Virus record (IMG/VR): IMGVR_UViG_3300045988_017048
Coordinates: 33,649-97,648 of that record
From: a virus
Reading direction: 5' to 3' (one strand)
Length of the DNA: 64,000 nucleotides
Made by a program: the position numbers and the translations under genes. The notes beneath the pieces are model-generated. The model did no database searches. It was not told the origin of the DNA and saw only the letters and a program-made list of their open reading frames with translations. Below are positions 31,891-41,019 of the stretch, in pieces (the stretch's first letter is position 1; each line of letters starts with the position of its first letter).

Positions 31891-34107
31891 ATGGATTTTA
31901 GTAAAGTAACTGCTATAGAAATACCTGAAGGTAAAGTAACTAAGATAGAAGATAGTCAAGGTACAGTACTTTGGAGTGGGTTGGCTGACCCTAATGTGTA
32001 TGCTTATGGCATTAGATGGAATCACAATGTTCCAGATAGTCAAGCTACTACTGCTTGTGAAAGAATTGGTAATCTTGAGTTACATAAAACTCTTCCTATT
32101 CAATCTAAGTTTGCATGTTGTGTGCATCAAGGTACTACTATTCAATATTGGTGTAATAAAAGAGACACTAGGTTCAGAAGATTATCAAGAAAAGTACAAC
32201 AATATTATTGTAATTATGATACCTATCATATACAAATACCTATGCTAGGCGATATTAATGTTGTACCTGCAAGTGCATTAGCAAGTCAGTTTAATACTTA
32301 TAATATAGGAACTATTGATGATTGTAGAACACCTTCAGGAAGAATAGATGCTGTAATAAGCATATCAGATACTAATCTAACACAACAACAGTCAGAAGAA
32401 GTAACATTATTTAATACTACATATAAATATCTTTACATGTGGATTAAAATAATATATACTGATACTGAGGGTGTAGAGCAAACTAACGTAGCAAGAGTTG
32501 AATATGTAGATACAGCTAAAAAAATAGCCTATTTAGCATTTGAAGACAGTACTAAAGTAAATGCAACAATACAGGCATTACAGAATGAAGATGTCTATAC
32601 TAATGGAGTATTTATAGAGTTAGGCAGCTCTTTAAATGGCTATGATGGTGAAGTAAGTGTATATACTCCTAAATTCTATATATGGTCTGTAGATAATGAT
32701 GGTACTAATAATGAAGTATGGCAATCTGAAAAGAAATGTGTTGACTATGCTAGAGAAGTTAAAGCACATCTTATTGGTATAAGTAGATGTCCTGTGTTAA
32801 GCATAGCTATGAATGATGATAAATGGGGTTGGTTAAATACTTTATCTAATAATACATCAGTCAGTGTTATTAACTATCAACCTAATCTTAGAGGTGGTGG
32901 AAATGGTAAGAATAGTGAAAGCGATTTCGACCATTATCTTGGTGATAATAACTTTATAACAATGTTAGGTAAAGCTGCTACAGATATGTCACTTGATAAC
33001 ATGAGAACATATACTCAAAAGATAGAAGGCAGTCAAGTATTATATTATCAGATATGGAATGCCATAGTATGGTGCTACTTCATAGAGTATGCTGACTTTG
33101 ATGTAAAGAAGGCTTTTAATAGTAATTTAACTGATGAAGGATACCATCAAGGTGGTTTAGGTAATGGATTAATTACTATAAATAATTGGAGAGAATATAA
33201 TTATAGATTACCAAATGTTCCTGTAGATTATACTTTAAGTATAGGTAATAATACTGGTATTATAACAAATCCATCACATTCTTTCTCCGTAAAATCAGAA
33301 GATAATTCTACTTGGGGTAGTTGGACTATGTATAGAATTACAGCTACTATTGATAGTACTAATAGTAACATAGTAAATATTACATCTATTCCAAGAATTT
33401 ATAATGATTGGATGATATATTCAACACCAACTAAAGTAGGTGGTACACATAAGTATAAAATAGAGGGTCTTACAGGAGGTCAAACTGTTGTATTTAAAAG
33501 ACAACAAGGTAACTTAACTATCACAACAGATGGAGAATATGACGTTAATTGGGGTAGTAATTATGATAACAGAAATATTATATTTGGCTTAGTACAAAAA
33601 AGTTGTAATATAAAAATTACTATTTTAAGTTCTCCTGCAATTACATACACATTTACTCAACTACAATTAAATGTACCTTGTTATAGAGGATTTAATACAT
33701 TTTGGTATGGAGATATTTATATATTACTTGAAAATTTAATATCCTCTATATATGATGACGAAAGATGTTTTTATTTTACAGATAATCCTAATAATTTTAG
33801 CAGCAACAAATACGATAAAGAACATTCCATATGTTATAAATATGCAGAAGATGGTTGGGCTAAGAATATAAAAGTAGGTAAAACCGCAGATTTAATAATA
33901 GATAAAACTTCCAAGAATCCTAATTATTTAAACTCTTATAGATTTGATAGTGACAGGGCACAACCACATGATAATCTATCTGCGACTATAGTTGGTGGTT
34001 CTGCTAGTGAAAATTCAAAATGTGGTTTGGCTTATATGTTAAGTGCATATAGCTCTTTAGAGAGAGATTCAGACATTGGTTTTGTTAAATGTTATATAAT
34101 AGATTAA
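31891..34107 (+). CDS. large fibre/receptor-binding-like hypothetical protein
   Basis: 738 aa, Asn/Thr/Tyr-rich. Function is only inferred from position. Confidence 0.55.
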   Translation: MDFSKVTAIEIPEGKVTKIEDSQGTVLWSGLADPNVYAYGIRWNHNVPDSQATTACERIGNLELHKTLPIQSKFACCVHQGTTIQYWCNKRDTRFRRLSRKVQQYYCNYDTYHIQIPMLGDINVVPASALASQFNTYNIGTIDDCRTPSGRIDAVISISDTNLTQQQSEEVTLFNTTYKYLYMWIKIIYTDTEGVEQTNVARVEYVDTAKKIAYLAFEDSTKVNATIQALQNEDVYTNGVFIELGSSLNGYDGEVSVYTPKFYIWSVDNDGTNNEVWQSEKKCVDYAREVKAHLIGISRCPVLSIAMNDDKWGWLNTLSNNTSVSVINYQPNLRGGGNGKNSESDFDHYLGDNNFITMLGKAATDMSLDNMRTYTQKIEGSQVLYYQIWNAIVWCYFIEYADFDVKKAFNSNLTDEGYHQGGLGNGLITINNWREYNYRLPNVPVDYTLSIGNNTGIITNPSHSFSVKSEDNSTWGSWTMYRITATIDSTNSNIVNITSIPRIYNDWMIYSTPTKVGGTHKYKIEGLTGGQTVVFKRQQGNLTITTDGEYDVNWGSNYDNRNIIFGLVQKSCNIKITILSSPAITYTFTQLQLNVPCYRGFNTFWYGDIYILLENLISSIYDDERCFYFTDNPNNFSSNKYDKEHSICYKYAEDGWAKNIKVGKTADLIIDKTSKNPNYLNSYRFDSDRAQPHDNLSATIVGGSASENSKCGLAYMLSAYSSLERDSDIGFVKCYIID

Positions 34108-34241
34108 GTAGGTTCTATTAAAGAATAAAAAGATATTAAGTTATCCACTAGTACAAATAGTAGCTAAAACAATTATATTAAAAATAGCATAAAAAGATTA
34201 AAAAGCCTGTGCTCATAGAATTAGAGAAACAGTTAGAAAAT

Positions 34242-34871
34242 ATGGGAAAAATAAAGAAAATCTTAGAAAATGAATTAGTAGGAGGAACTCAAAGTACTGA
34301 TGTATATCCTGTTACTTCTACTAAAGCTATATATGATGAGAATAATGTTAGATTGGATACTATACTTAAACCTGCAACAAAAGAAGCTGCGGGTTTAATG
34401 AGTCCTGAGGATAAAAATAATATTGGGTCATTACAGACAGAAGTGACTAAGAAGTTTGATAAGGCTAATGTTGCTCAAGAAACAGGCAGTGCAACTGATA
34501 AAGTGATGTCACAGAAAGCAGTTAGTGATATTTTAAATGAATTTAGAACTGTTATTTCAAATGCAGCTATACATGTTGATGGAGGAATGGGAGTTCTTGA
34601 TTTGAGTGTAGAGGTAGATAGTACTACAGTACTAGATAATCCAGTTGTTATGGGATTTTTTACTAATAGAGGAAAATTTTTGGCTATGAAAAATTCAGTT
34701 TGGTATTCTCATTGGAATGCTAATGTTTCTAAAAATATAGCTCCTTCCAGTAGGTATGGTATAGAAACTGATGATGGAGTTTTTCCTTTTAATAATCAAA
34801 TATATAAAATTAAGAACCAAATTTATATCGCTAATTGTTCTAATGGTACTTGCACTATGAAAAAACTCTAA
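34242..34871 (+). CDS. fibre-like hypothetical protein
   Basis: ATG at 34242 preferred over the GTG at 34209. 209 aa. Confidence 0.55.
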   Translation: MGKIKKILENELVGGTQSTDVYPVTSTKAIYDENNVRLDTILKPATKEAAGLMSPEDKNNIGSLQTEVTKKFDKANVAQETGSATDKVMSQKAVSDILNEFRTVISNAAIHVDGGMGVLDLSVEVDSTTVLDNPVVMGFFTNRGKFLAMKNSVWYSHWNANVSKNIAPSSRYGIETDDGVFPFNNQIYKIKNQIYIANCSNGTCTMKKL

Positions 34872-34949
34872 ATCACTGACTTCATAAAACAAGGTGTAAA
34901 TAAATCAGAATTTGGGAATCATAGATGAGACAAGATATAGGAATATAAT

Positions 34950-34990
34950 AAGCACGGTGGTGTATATGACCATCACCGTGCTTTTATTAA
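34950..34990 (+). terminator. rho-independent terminator
   Basis: 13-bp stem AAGCACGGTGGTG/CATCACCGTGCTT followed by TTATT. Confidence 0.7.
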
Positions 34991-35025
34991 TCTTTCTTTA
35001 TTTAGATTTTAGATAAATATTTGTA

Positions 35026-35634
35026 ATGAAATTAAATTTATTTAAAGTTCTTTTTATAGTAAGTTTGTTGGGTATAGGTATATATATATGGGATGGACGA
35101 CAGAATTTAAAAAAAGAAATATGTACATTAAGAAATAACCAAAAAGCATTTATAGCAGAGAACTCATCCTTAAAGGATGAGAACAGAGCATTCAAGTTTA
35201 CTGTAGAACAGCTTAACTACTACAATGACTCTATCTTACAAAAGATGAATGATGTCAAAAAGGAGTTAAAGATAAAGGATAAGAATTTAAAGCAACTACA
35301 GTATCTTCTATCAGTATCTACTAAGAAAGATACAGTACTTTTTACTGATACAATATTTAGAGATAAAAGTTTAGCATTAGATACAATTATAGGAGATAAA
35401 TGGTATAATATAAGGTTGGGATTAAAATATCCTAACCTTATATATACTGAACCTACATTTACTAGTGAGAAATATATTATAGTAAATAAGAAAAAAGAAA
35501 CAGTAAATCCACCTAAGAAATTCTTTTTGTTTAGGTGGTTTCAAAGAAAGCATTGGGTAATGGAAGTACATATAAAGGAGAAGAATCCCTACATAAAAGA
35601 AGTTAATAATAAATTTGTAGAGATTATAGAATAA
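35026..35634 (+). CDS. N-terminally anchored coiled-coil protein (spanin-like topology)
   Basis: Transmembrane helix LFKVLFIVSLLGIGIYIW, then coiled coil LRNNQKAFIAENSSLKDENRAF. Confidence 0.45.
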   Translation: MKLNLFKVLFIVSLLGIGIYIWDGRQNLKKEICTLRNNQKAFIAENSSLKDENRAFKFTVEQLNYYNDSILQKMNDVKKELKIKDKNLKQLQYLLSVSTKKDTVLFTDTIFRDKSLALDTIIGDKWYNIRLGLKYPNLIYTEPTFTSEKYIIVNKKKETVNPPKKFFLFRWFQRKHWVMEVHIKEKNPYIKEVNNKFVEIIE

Positions 35635-35635
35635 T

Positions 35636-36013
35636 ATGGTTGATTTTGGAATATTAATTACTGGAGGTATAGGGCTTGTTACCACAATAGTCAGTGGTTG
35701 GACATCATGGTTTTTTGCAAGAAAGAAGTACAATAGTGAAGTTGACAGTAACCTCATAAATAACATGAAAGAATCATTGGATTTTTATGAGAAGCTCTCC
35801 ACTGATAATAGAGAGAGATTGGAAGAGGTACTAAAAAGAAATACAGAGTTAGAGCAGGAGGTGGGAGAACTTAGGAAACAGTTGTTTAACCTTATGAGTT
35901 CCATATGTACTGACCTTACCTGCCAGTTAAGGAAAAAAAACTTAAATCTTTTTAATGAGCATGGAATTAGTAGTGGACAGAAAATGGAAGAAGCAGAACT
36001 ACACCATAAGTAA
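35636..36013 (+). CDS. TM plus coiled-coil protein (holin/spanin-like topology)
   Basis: Transmembrane helix ILITGGIGLVTTIVSGWTSWFF, then coiled coil RERLEEVLKRNTELEQEVGELRKQL. Confidence 0.45.
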   Translation: MVDFGILITGGIGLVTTIVSGWTSWFFARKKYNSEVDSNLINNMKESLDFYEKLSTDNRERLEEVLKRNTELEQEVGELRKQLFNLMSSICTDLTCQLRKKNLNLFNEHGISSGQKMEEAELHHK

Positions 36014-36425
36014 TCTTACTATTGATGGAAAGTGGTTCTGTAATGTGCTTGAGGACAAAGATAGAAATCTTGACAGCTCTATGAGTATAGCTAAGATTAG
36101 GGAGTTGAAGAAGCCCTCAATTACAGCTATACCAAGAGGTACTTATGAGATTATCTTAGATGTTATTTCTCCTAAGTACTGCACTAATAGTTTCTATAAG
36201 CAAGTGTGTAATGGTAAAGTACCAAGACTACTTAATGTAAAGGGATTTGAAGGTGTACTTATTCATGCTGGTAATACTGAAAAAGATTCAGCAGGATGCC
36301 TATTAGTAGGTGTCAATAAAGTTAAGGGTCAGGTAATAAATAGCAGAGAGACATTTAAAGAGCTATACAAGCTCCTTAAAGACAAGCATGATGAAGGTGA
36401 AAAAATAACAATTAAAATTTTATAA
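35955..36425 (+). CDS. putative cell-wall peptidase/endolysin (H-x-GN ... S-x-GC motif, DUF5675-like)
   Basis: VLIHAGNTEKDSAGCLLVG resembles the His...Gly-Cys active-site layout of YkuD-like/DUF5675 proteins. Family assignment is from memory and was not searched. Confidence 0.4.
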   Translation: MSMELVVDRKWKKQNYTISNLTIDGKWFCNVLEDKDRNLDSSMSIAKIRELKKPSITAIPRGTYEIILDVISPKYCTNSFYKQVCNGKVPRLLNVKGFEGVLIHAGNTEKDSAGCLLVGVNKVKGQVINSRETFKELYKLLKDKHDEGEKITIKIL

Positions 36426-36427
36426 TC

Positions 36428-36526
36428 ATGGCAAGAAGAACAGGTAGAGCAAAGCCTATGACAGCTAAAGCTGGTGTCACTAAGACTAAGAGAAGATATG
36501 CTTGTGGTGGCAAAATGAAAAAGTGA
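36428..36526 (+). CDS. possible 32-aa highly basic peptide
   Basis: Read by hand: MARRTGRAKPMTAKAGVTKTKRRYACGGKMKK. Confidence 0.25.
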   Translation: MARRTGRAKPMTAKAGVTKTKRRYACGGKMKK

Positions 36527-36753
36527 TGAACAAGTTATTATACAAGATAGAGTTGTGTTTAGTAAAAGTAATACCTATGATTTACGCATTACTTAGTTTA
36601 TTGAATACAACTCTATCTTACTTTGGTATTGATGTAGTAATACTAAGTTATATTGGTAGTGTATCTTTTATAACATTATTACTCTTGTATGTCACATCTT
36701 ATGTATTAAGTTTTGTGAGTATCACAGGATGTTTATACATTATACTACTATAA
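36526..36753 (+). CDS. small membrane protein
   Basis: ATG at 36526 (the track uses the TTG at 36502). Two hydrophobic helices. Confidence 0.5.
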   Translation: MNKLLYKIELCLVKVIPMIYALLSLLNTTLSYFGIDVVILSYIGSVSFITLLLLYVTSYVLSFVSITGCLYIILL

Positions 36754-36911
36754 CTTGGATACTAAATATAATAGATTTGTATATAGGAATACCTGTTAGT
36801 GATATTTGGTATTTAGGCATCCAATTAATAATAGCAGGCATTTCATTATTCATAATACTTTATTTATATGTTAAAAGTTATAAGAAGCCTACTGTTAAAG
36901 ATAGTAGATGA
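36729..36911 (+). CDS. small membrane protein overlapping the previous ORF in another frame
   Basis: 60 aa with two hydrophobic helices. 25-nt overlap with 36526-36753. Confidence 0.45.
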   Translation: MFIHYTTITWILNIIDLYIGIPVSDIWYLGIQLIIAGISLFIILYLYVKSYKKPTVKDSR

Positions 36912-37200
36912 TATTGATGCAGGTAATTCAAATATATCTGAGGGAGAAGCTATAGAAATAGTGGATAGTTTGAAGAGGTTTACTGATAAGGAGAAGAGAT
37001 TAAGCAAGTATGCAGCCTGTGAATATTTGAATGTCAGTAGAGCAACTTTTGACAACTATGTTAGAGAAGGAAAATTACCAAGAGGTAAGCATGAGATAGG
37101 TTTCAAAGAATTAAGTTGGTCTAAGAAAGAGTTAGATGAGTTTGTCAAGAAGTGTAGAGATGACACTCTCTTGCGCAGCAAGAAACACTCTCTTGCTTAG
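36868..37200 (+). CDS. MerR/excisionase-type helix-turn-helix protein
   Basis: LSKYAACEYLNVSRATFDNYVREGKLPRGKHEIGFKELSWSKKELDEF fits the HTH_17-type pattern. Confidence 0.55.
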   Translation: MLKVIRSLLLKIVDDIDAGNSNISEGEAIEIVDSLKRFTDKEKRLSKYAACEYLNVSRATFDNYVREGKLPRGKHEIGFKELSWSKKELDEFVKKCRDDTLLRSKKHSLA

Positions 37201-37245
37201 TAACTAATCTAATAGAACTGTATAATGTAATTAGGAGGAGAGGAT

Positions 37246-37590
37246 ATGATAACACAAAAGAGAATGATAATACCTATATTTAACTACAAACTTACTGTAG
37301 TCATATTTGATAAATGGGAGGAGTTAGAGAGGTTTCTTCCAAAGGAAGAATATGAGGAGGAGGCCAAGGCTATAACCATAAATCAATATGGAGCATCTCT
37401 TGTGGCTATCAATTCTAAGAGAGGAAGCAGTATTATCCATGAAGCTGAGCATATAAAGAACTCTATATGGAGATATATAGGCTATACTCCTCAAGAGGAT
37501 AATGATGAGGTGGATGCTTACCTTATAACCTACATATATGACAAGATAACAGATGTTTTCTATAAACATGATAGATTAATAAAGAGTTAG
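37246..37590 (+). CDS. small HExxH protein (putative zinc metallopeptidase-like)
   Basis: SSIIHEAEHIKN. Preceded by the strong Shine-Dalgarno-like TAGGAGGAGAGG. Confidence 0.45.
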   Translation: MITQKRMIIPIFNYKLTVVIFDKWEELERFLPKEEYEEEAKAITINQYGASLVAINSKRGSSIIHEAEHIKNSIWRYIGYTPQEDNDEVDAYLITYIYDKITDVFYKHDRLIKS

Positions 37591-37616
37591 CAACATAATG
37601 CTAACTCTTTTGTTTT
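37584..37616 (+). terminator. rho-independent terminator
   Basis: Stem GAGTTAGCA/TGCTAACTC followed by TTTTGTTTT. Confidence 0.75.
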
Positions 37617-37620
37617 ATAA

Positions 37621-37655
37621 CCCCCTTAGAGTCAAGGCTTTAAGGGGGTATTTTT
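37621..37655 (+). terminator. second tandem terminator hairpin
   Basis: Stem CCCCCTTA/TAAGGGGG followed by TATTTTT. Confidence 0.6.
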
Positions 37656-37761
37656 ATGCCTATTAGCATTGATAGGCATCTTGAGAAATATTACTTATCT
37701 TTGTTTCCAGTAAGCTTACAGAAGAGAGATAAAACAATAACTAATTTCAAAAATTGCTACT

Positions 37762-38079
37762 ATGGAAATAATTGAGAAGCAAGTAGAAAAGGTAAAGGAA
37801 GTTCCTACTGATGGCTACTATGGTGATGGTAGAAGAGATGTCAATGGTAAGGCTAATGCAGGTCTTACTCTTGGTATTATAGGTACTGCACTTGGTGCTT
37901 GGGCACTATTTGGTAATAGAAGAAGTAGTGGTCTATTGGGTCTTGCTGGTTCAGGTATGGGAGGCTCAAACATTAATGGTATAGAACAGAAAATAGTTGA
38001 ATCTGCTATTGTATTCTGGTTTAAGGATGTAGATTGCAAAGCTGAAAACAAGGTAGTAGAATATCTTGGAGAATACTAA
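37762..38079 (+). CDS. Gly-rich small membrane protein
   Basis: GLTLGIIGTALGAWALFG and GLLGLAGSGMGGS. A weaker TATCTTTG box lies upstream at 37696-37703. Confidence 0.55.
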   Translation: MEIIEKQVEKVKEVPTDGYYGDGRRDVNGKANAGLTLGIIGTALGAWALFGNRRSSGLLGLAGSGMGGSNINGIEQKIVESAIVFWFKDVDCKAENKVVEYLGEY

Positions 38080-38085
38080 TAAGAT

Positions 38086-38117
38086 AAGGGTAAGAGATAA
38101 TCTTACCCTTTCTTTTT
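38086..38117 (+). terminator. rho-independent terminator
   Basis: Stem AAGGGTAAGA/TCTTACCCTT followed by TCTTTTT. Confidence 0.8.
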
Positions 38118-38168
38118 GCCTATACTACAAGTATTTTATTTAAATAAACAAAGTATTTTATTTATTAT

Positions 38169-38200
38169 ATTGTAGGTATGCAAAACTTTATTTACCTTTG
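38169..38200 (+). promoter_or_regulatory. Bacteroidota-type promoter (ATTG-N20-TACCTTTG)
   Basis: ATTG at 38169-38172 and TACCTTTG at 38193-38200, upstream of the scaffold-like and capsid genes. Confidence 0.55.
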
Positions 38201-38230
38201 CACTGTTTAAGAACAAAAAGGTAGAAGAGT

Positions 38231-39397
38231 ATGGAAGAAGAACTTAGCTTAGATAACATCTTAGGAGCAGAGGAAATTGAGAATCTGTTTGTAGAAGATG
38301 AGAATACACAGGACCCACCTGCAAATGGGGAACCTCCTAAGAAAGAGGAGGAGTCAAGTGATGACAAAAAAGAAGAAACTACTGAGGTTGTTGATGTAGA
38401 TAACTTGTTTACTGAAGCACCAGAGAGCGTAGGTAGTGGAAAAGAAAATACAGAGGAAAAGGAAGATACCACTCCTAAAGGGGATGGCACTTCTCCCAAA
38501 AACTTCTACTCTTCCATTGCCAAAGCCTTGAAAGAGGAAGGTATCTTCCCAAACCTTGATGATGAAGGTTTATCTAAGGTTAAAGACCCTGAAGACTTTA
38601 GAGATTTGATTGACCAACAGATAAAGGCAGGTCTTGATGAGAGGCAGAAAAGAATTGATGAAGCCTTGAATGCTGGAGTTGAATCTACAGAGATTAGAAA
38701 GTATGAGAATACTATAAACTTCCTTGGTTCTATTAAGGAAGAAGATGTCTCTGATGAAGGTGATAAGGGAGAGAAACTTAGAAAAGACCTAATTTATCAA
38801 GACTTTATCAATAGAGGTTATAGTAAGGAAAGAGCTGCAAGAGAAGTACAGAAGTCTTTCAATGCTGGTACTGATATTGATGATGCAAAAGAGGCTTTGG
38901 AAAGTAATATTGGCTTCTTCAAAGATAAGTATGATGAGCTTGTCAATGAGGCTAAGTCAGAAGCAGAACAGGAAGAGAAGGAAAGAAAAGAACAGGCTGA
39001 AAAGCTTAAATCATCAATCCTTAATGACAAGGAAGTGTTTGGGGATTTATCAGTAGATAAATCTACAAGACAGAAGATTTATGATAATATAGCTAAGCCT
39101 GTGTATAAAGACCCAGAGACAGGAGAGTACTTTACTGCTATCCAAAAGTATGAGATGGAGAACAGGACAGACTTCCTAAAGAACATTGGGCTACTTTTCA
39201 CACTAACTGATGGCTTTAAGAACCTTGATGGTTTGGTGAAAGGTAAAGTAAAGAAAGAAGTAAAGAAAGGTCTTAGAGAGCTGGAACATACTCTCAACAA
39301 CACAGCAAGAACCTCAGATGGTAATCTAAAGTTTGTCAGTGGAGTTGATGAGGACCCTGAATCCTTTATTGGTAAAGGGTGGAACCTTGATGTCTAA
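38231..39397 (+). CDS. acidic coiled-coil protein, scaffold-like (by position)
   Basis: 388 aa with a very acidic N-terminus and long helical Glu/Lys regions. Immediately upstream of the capsid gene. Confidence 0.5.
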   Translation: MEEELSLDNILGAEEIENLFVEDENTQDPPANGEPPKKEEESSDDKKEETTEVVDVDNLFTEAPESVGSGKENTEEKEDTTPKGDGTSPKNFYSSIAKALKEEGIFPNLDDEGLSKVKDPEDFRDLIDQQIKAGLDERQKRIDEALNAGVESTEIRKYENTINFLGSIKEEDVSDEGDKGEKLRKDLIYQDFINRGYSKERAAREVQKSFNAGTDIDDAKEALESNIGFFKDKYDELVNEAKSEAEQEEKERKEQAEKLKSSILNDKEVFGDLSVDKSTRQKIYDNIAKPVYKDPETGEYFTAIQKYEMENRTDFLKNIGLLFTLTDGFKNLDGLVKGKVKKEVKKGLRELEHTLNNTARTSDGNLKFVSGVDEDPESFIGKGWNLDV

Positions 39398-39439
39398 GCC
39401 CATAATATAGAGTAAAATAACTGATAAATTTAAGTAAAA

Positions 39440-40951
39440 ATGGCTGGAAAATTAGGTAAGTTTCAAATGGTAGGCTTCCAACACTGGAAGGGTCTTACTA
39501 AGGAAAATCACCTTGGTTCTATCTTTCAGTTAGCTCCACAGAAGGCTACGAACCTAATGGTGCAACTGTTGGCTTATTACAGAGGAAAGACACTTGACAC
39601 ATTCCTAAATCAATTCCCAACAAGAGAGTTTGAGGATGATAATGAATACTACTGGGATGTTATTGGTTCTTCAAGAAGAAACATTCCTCTTGTAGAGGCA
39701 AGAGATGAAAATGGTACTGTTGTTACAGATGCCAGTGGTATGGTTGGAGTAGGCACTGCTCCTTTCTATTTAGTATTCCCTGAGGATTGGTTTGCTGATG
39801 GTGAGTACATTGTAGGTAATCTGAATGAAATCTATCAGTTCAGAATACTTGGAGACCCAAGAATGGAGGGTACTAATGCAGTGTATAAGGTAGAGCTTGC
39901 AGGTGGCAACACAGCAGGTGTTCCTGCTGAAAGATTGCTTGCAGGTGAGAGATTCTCAGTTGAAGCTGCATTTGTTGAGAAGGAACTTTCAAGAAAGGTT
40001 GGTGATGTAAGATTTACAAGCCCTGTTTCTATGAGAAATGAGTGGTCTGTAGTAAGAATCCAACACAAGGTTCCAGGTTCTATGTTGAACAAGAAGCTGG
40101 CTGTAGGTATTCCTATTGTTAAGGAAACTGAGGGTAGATATACTAAGTCAGTTGCTACAATGTGGATGCACAATGTAGATTGGGAAGTAGAACAGCAATT
40201 CTCTGAGTACAAGAACAATGCACTTGCATTTGGTAGAAGCAACAGAAATGCCAATGGTGAGTACATGAACTTTGGTAAGTCTGGCAATGTTATTAAGACA
40301 GGTGCTGGTCTATTTGAGCAGATGGAAGTTGCTAATACTATGTATTACAACACATTTAGCTTGAAGCTTCTTGAAGATGCTCTATATGAGCTTTCTGCTT
40401 CTAAGTTAGACTTTGGAGACAGATACTTCTTGATTAAGACTGGTGAGAGAGGTGCTATCCAATTCCATAAGGAAGTACTAAAGACAGTATCAGGTTGGAC
40501 ACAGTTTGTTCTTGACAACAGCTCTATTGGTGTTATTCAAAAGACTCAATCTAAGTTGCACCAAAACTCATTGAGTGCTGGTTTCCAATTTGTTGAGTAT
40601 AAGGCTCCTAATGGTGTTAGAGTTAAGATTGATGTAGACCCATTCTATGATGACCCAGTAAGAAACAAGATACTCCACCCAAATGGAGGTGTTGCCTTCT
40701 CTTACAGATATGATATTATGTACATTGGTACTATGGACCAACCTAATATCTTTAAGTGTAAGATTAAGGGTGACAATGAGTACAGAGGTTATCAGTGGGG
40801 ATTGAGAAACCCATTCACAGGTCAAAAGGGTAATCCTTATATGTCATTTGATGAGGACTCTGCTGTAATTCACAGAATGGCTACTCTTGGCATCTGTGTT
40901 CTTGACCCAACAAGAACTATGTCACTAATCCCTGCAATCCTACAGGGTTAA
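39440..40951 (+). CDS. major capsid protein (by position, size and expression signals)
   Basis: 503 aa. Sits between a consensus promoter and a strong terminator, as expected for the most abundant virion protein. No motif-level proof. Confidence 0.6.
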   Translation: MAGKLGKFQMVGFQHWKGLTKENHLGSIFQLAPQKATNLMVQLLAYYRGKTLDTFLNQFPTREFEDDNEYYWDVIGSSRRNIPLVEARDENGTVVTDASGMVGVGTAPFYLVFPEDWFADGEYIVGNLNEIYQFRILGDPRMEGTNAVYKVELAGGNTAGVPAERLLAGERFSVEAAFVEKELSRKVGDVRFTSPVSMRNEWSVVRIQHKVPGSMLNKKLAVGIPIVKETEGRYTKSVATMWMHNVDWEVEQQFSEYKNNALAFGRSNRNANGEYMNFGKSGNVIKTGAGLFEQMEVANTMYYNTFSLKLLEDALYELSASKLDFGDRYFLIKTGERGAIQFHKEVLKTVSGWTQFVLDNSSIGVIQKTQSKLHQNSLSAGFQFVEYKAPNGVRVKIDVDPFYDDPVRNKILHPNGGVAFSYRYDIMYIGTMDQPNIFKCKIKGDNEYRGYQWGLRNPFTGQKGNPYMSFDEDSAVIHRMATLGICVLDPTRTMSLIPAILQG

Positions 40952-40960
40952 TGATAAAAA

Positions 40961-40999
40961 AGGAAAGTAGGATAAACTCCTGCTTTCCTTATTTTATTT
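40961..40999 (+). terminator. rho-independent terminator after the capsid gene
   Basis: 11-bp stem AGGAAAGTAGG/CCTGCTTTCCT followed by TATTTTATTT. Confidence 0.75.
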
Positions 41000-41019
41000 A
41001 ATATAATTAAGGAGAAGAT

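Noticed and set aside
36868-37200. The excisionase-like HTH as evidence of a temperate lifestyle or integration module.
   Set aside because: No integrase, recombinase or attachment site is visible in this window. An HTH alone is insufficient.
37696-37703. An eighth consensus promoter upstream of 37762.
   Set aside because: TATCTTTG is present, but no YTTG box lies at the 20-nt spacing seen in the other seven sites. It is mentioned only as a weak candidate.
38188-38499. Minus-strand Ser-rich ORF, and similar antisense ORFs in the virion module (e.g. 26204-26656, 39835-40287, 52633-52986, 60839-61249).
   Set aside because: They are antisense shadows of acidic, Gly-rich or long coding regions on the plus strand.
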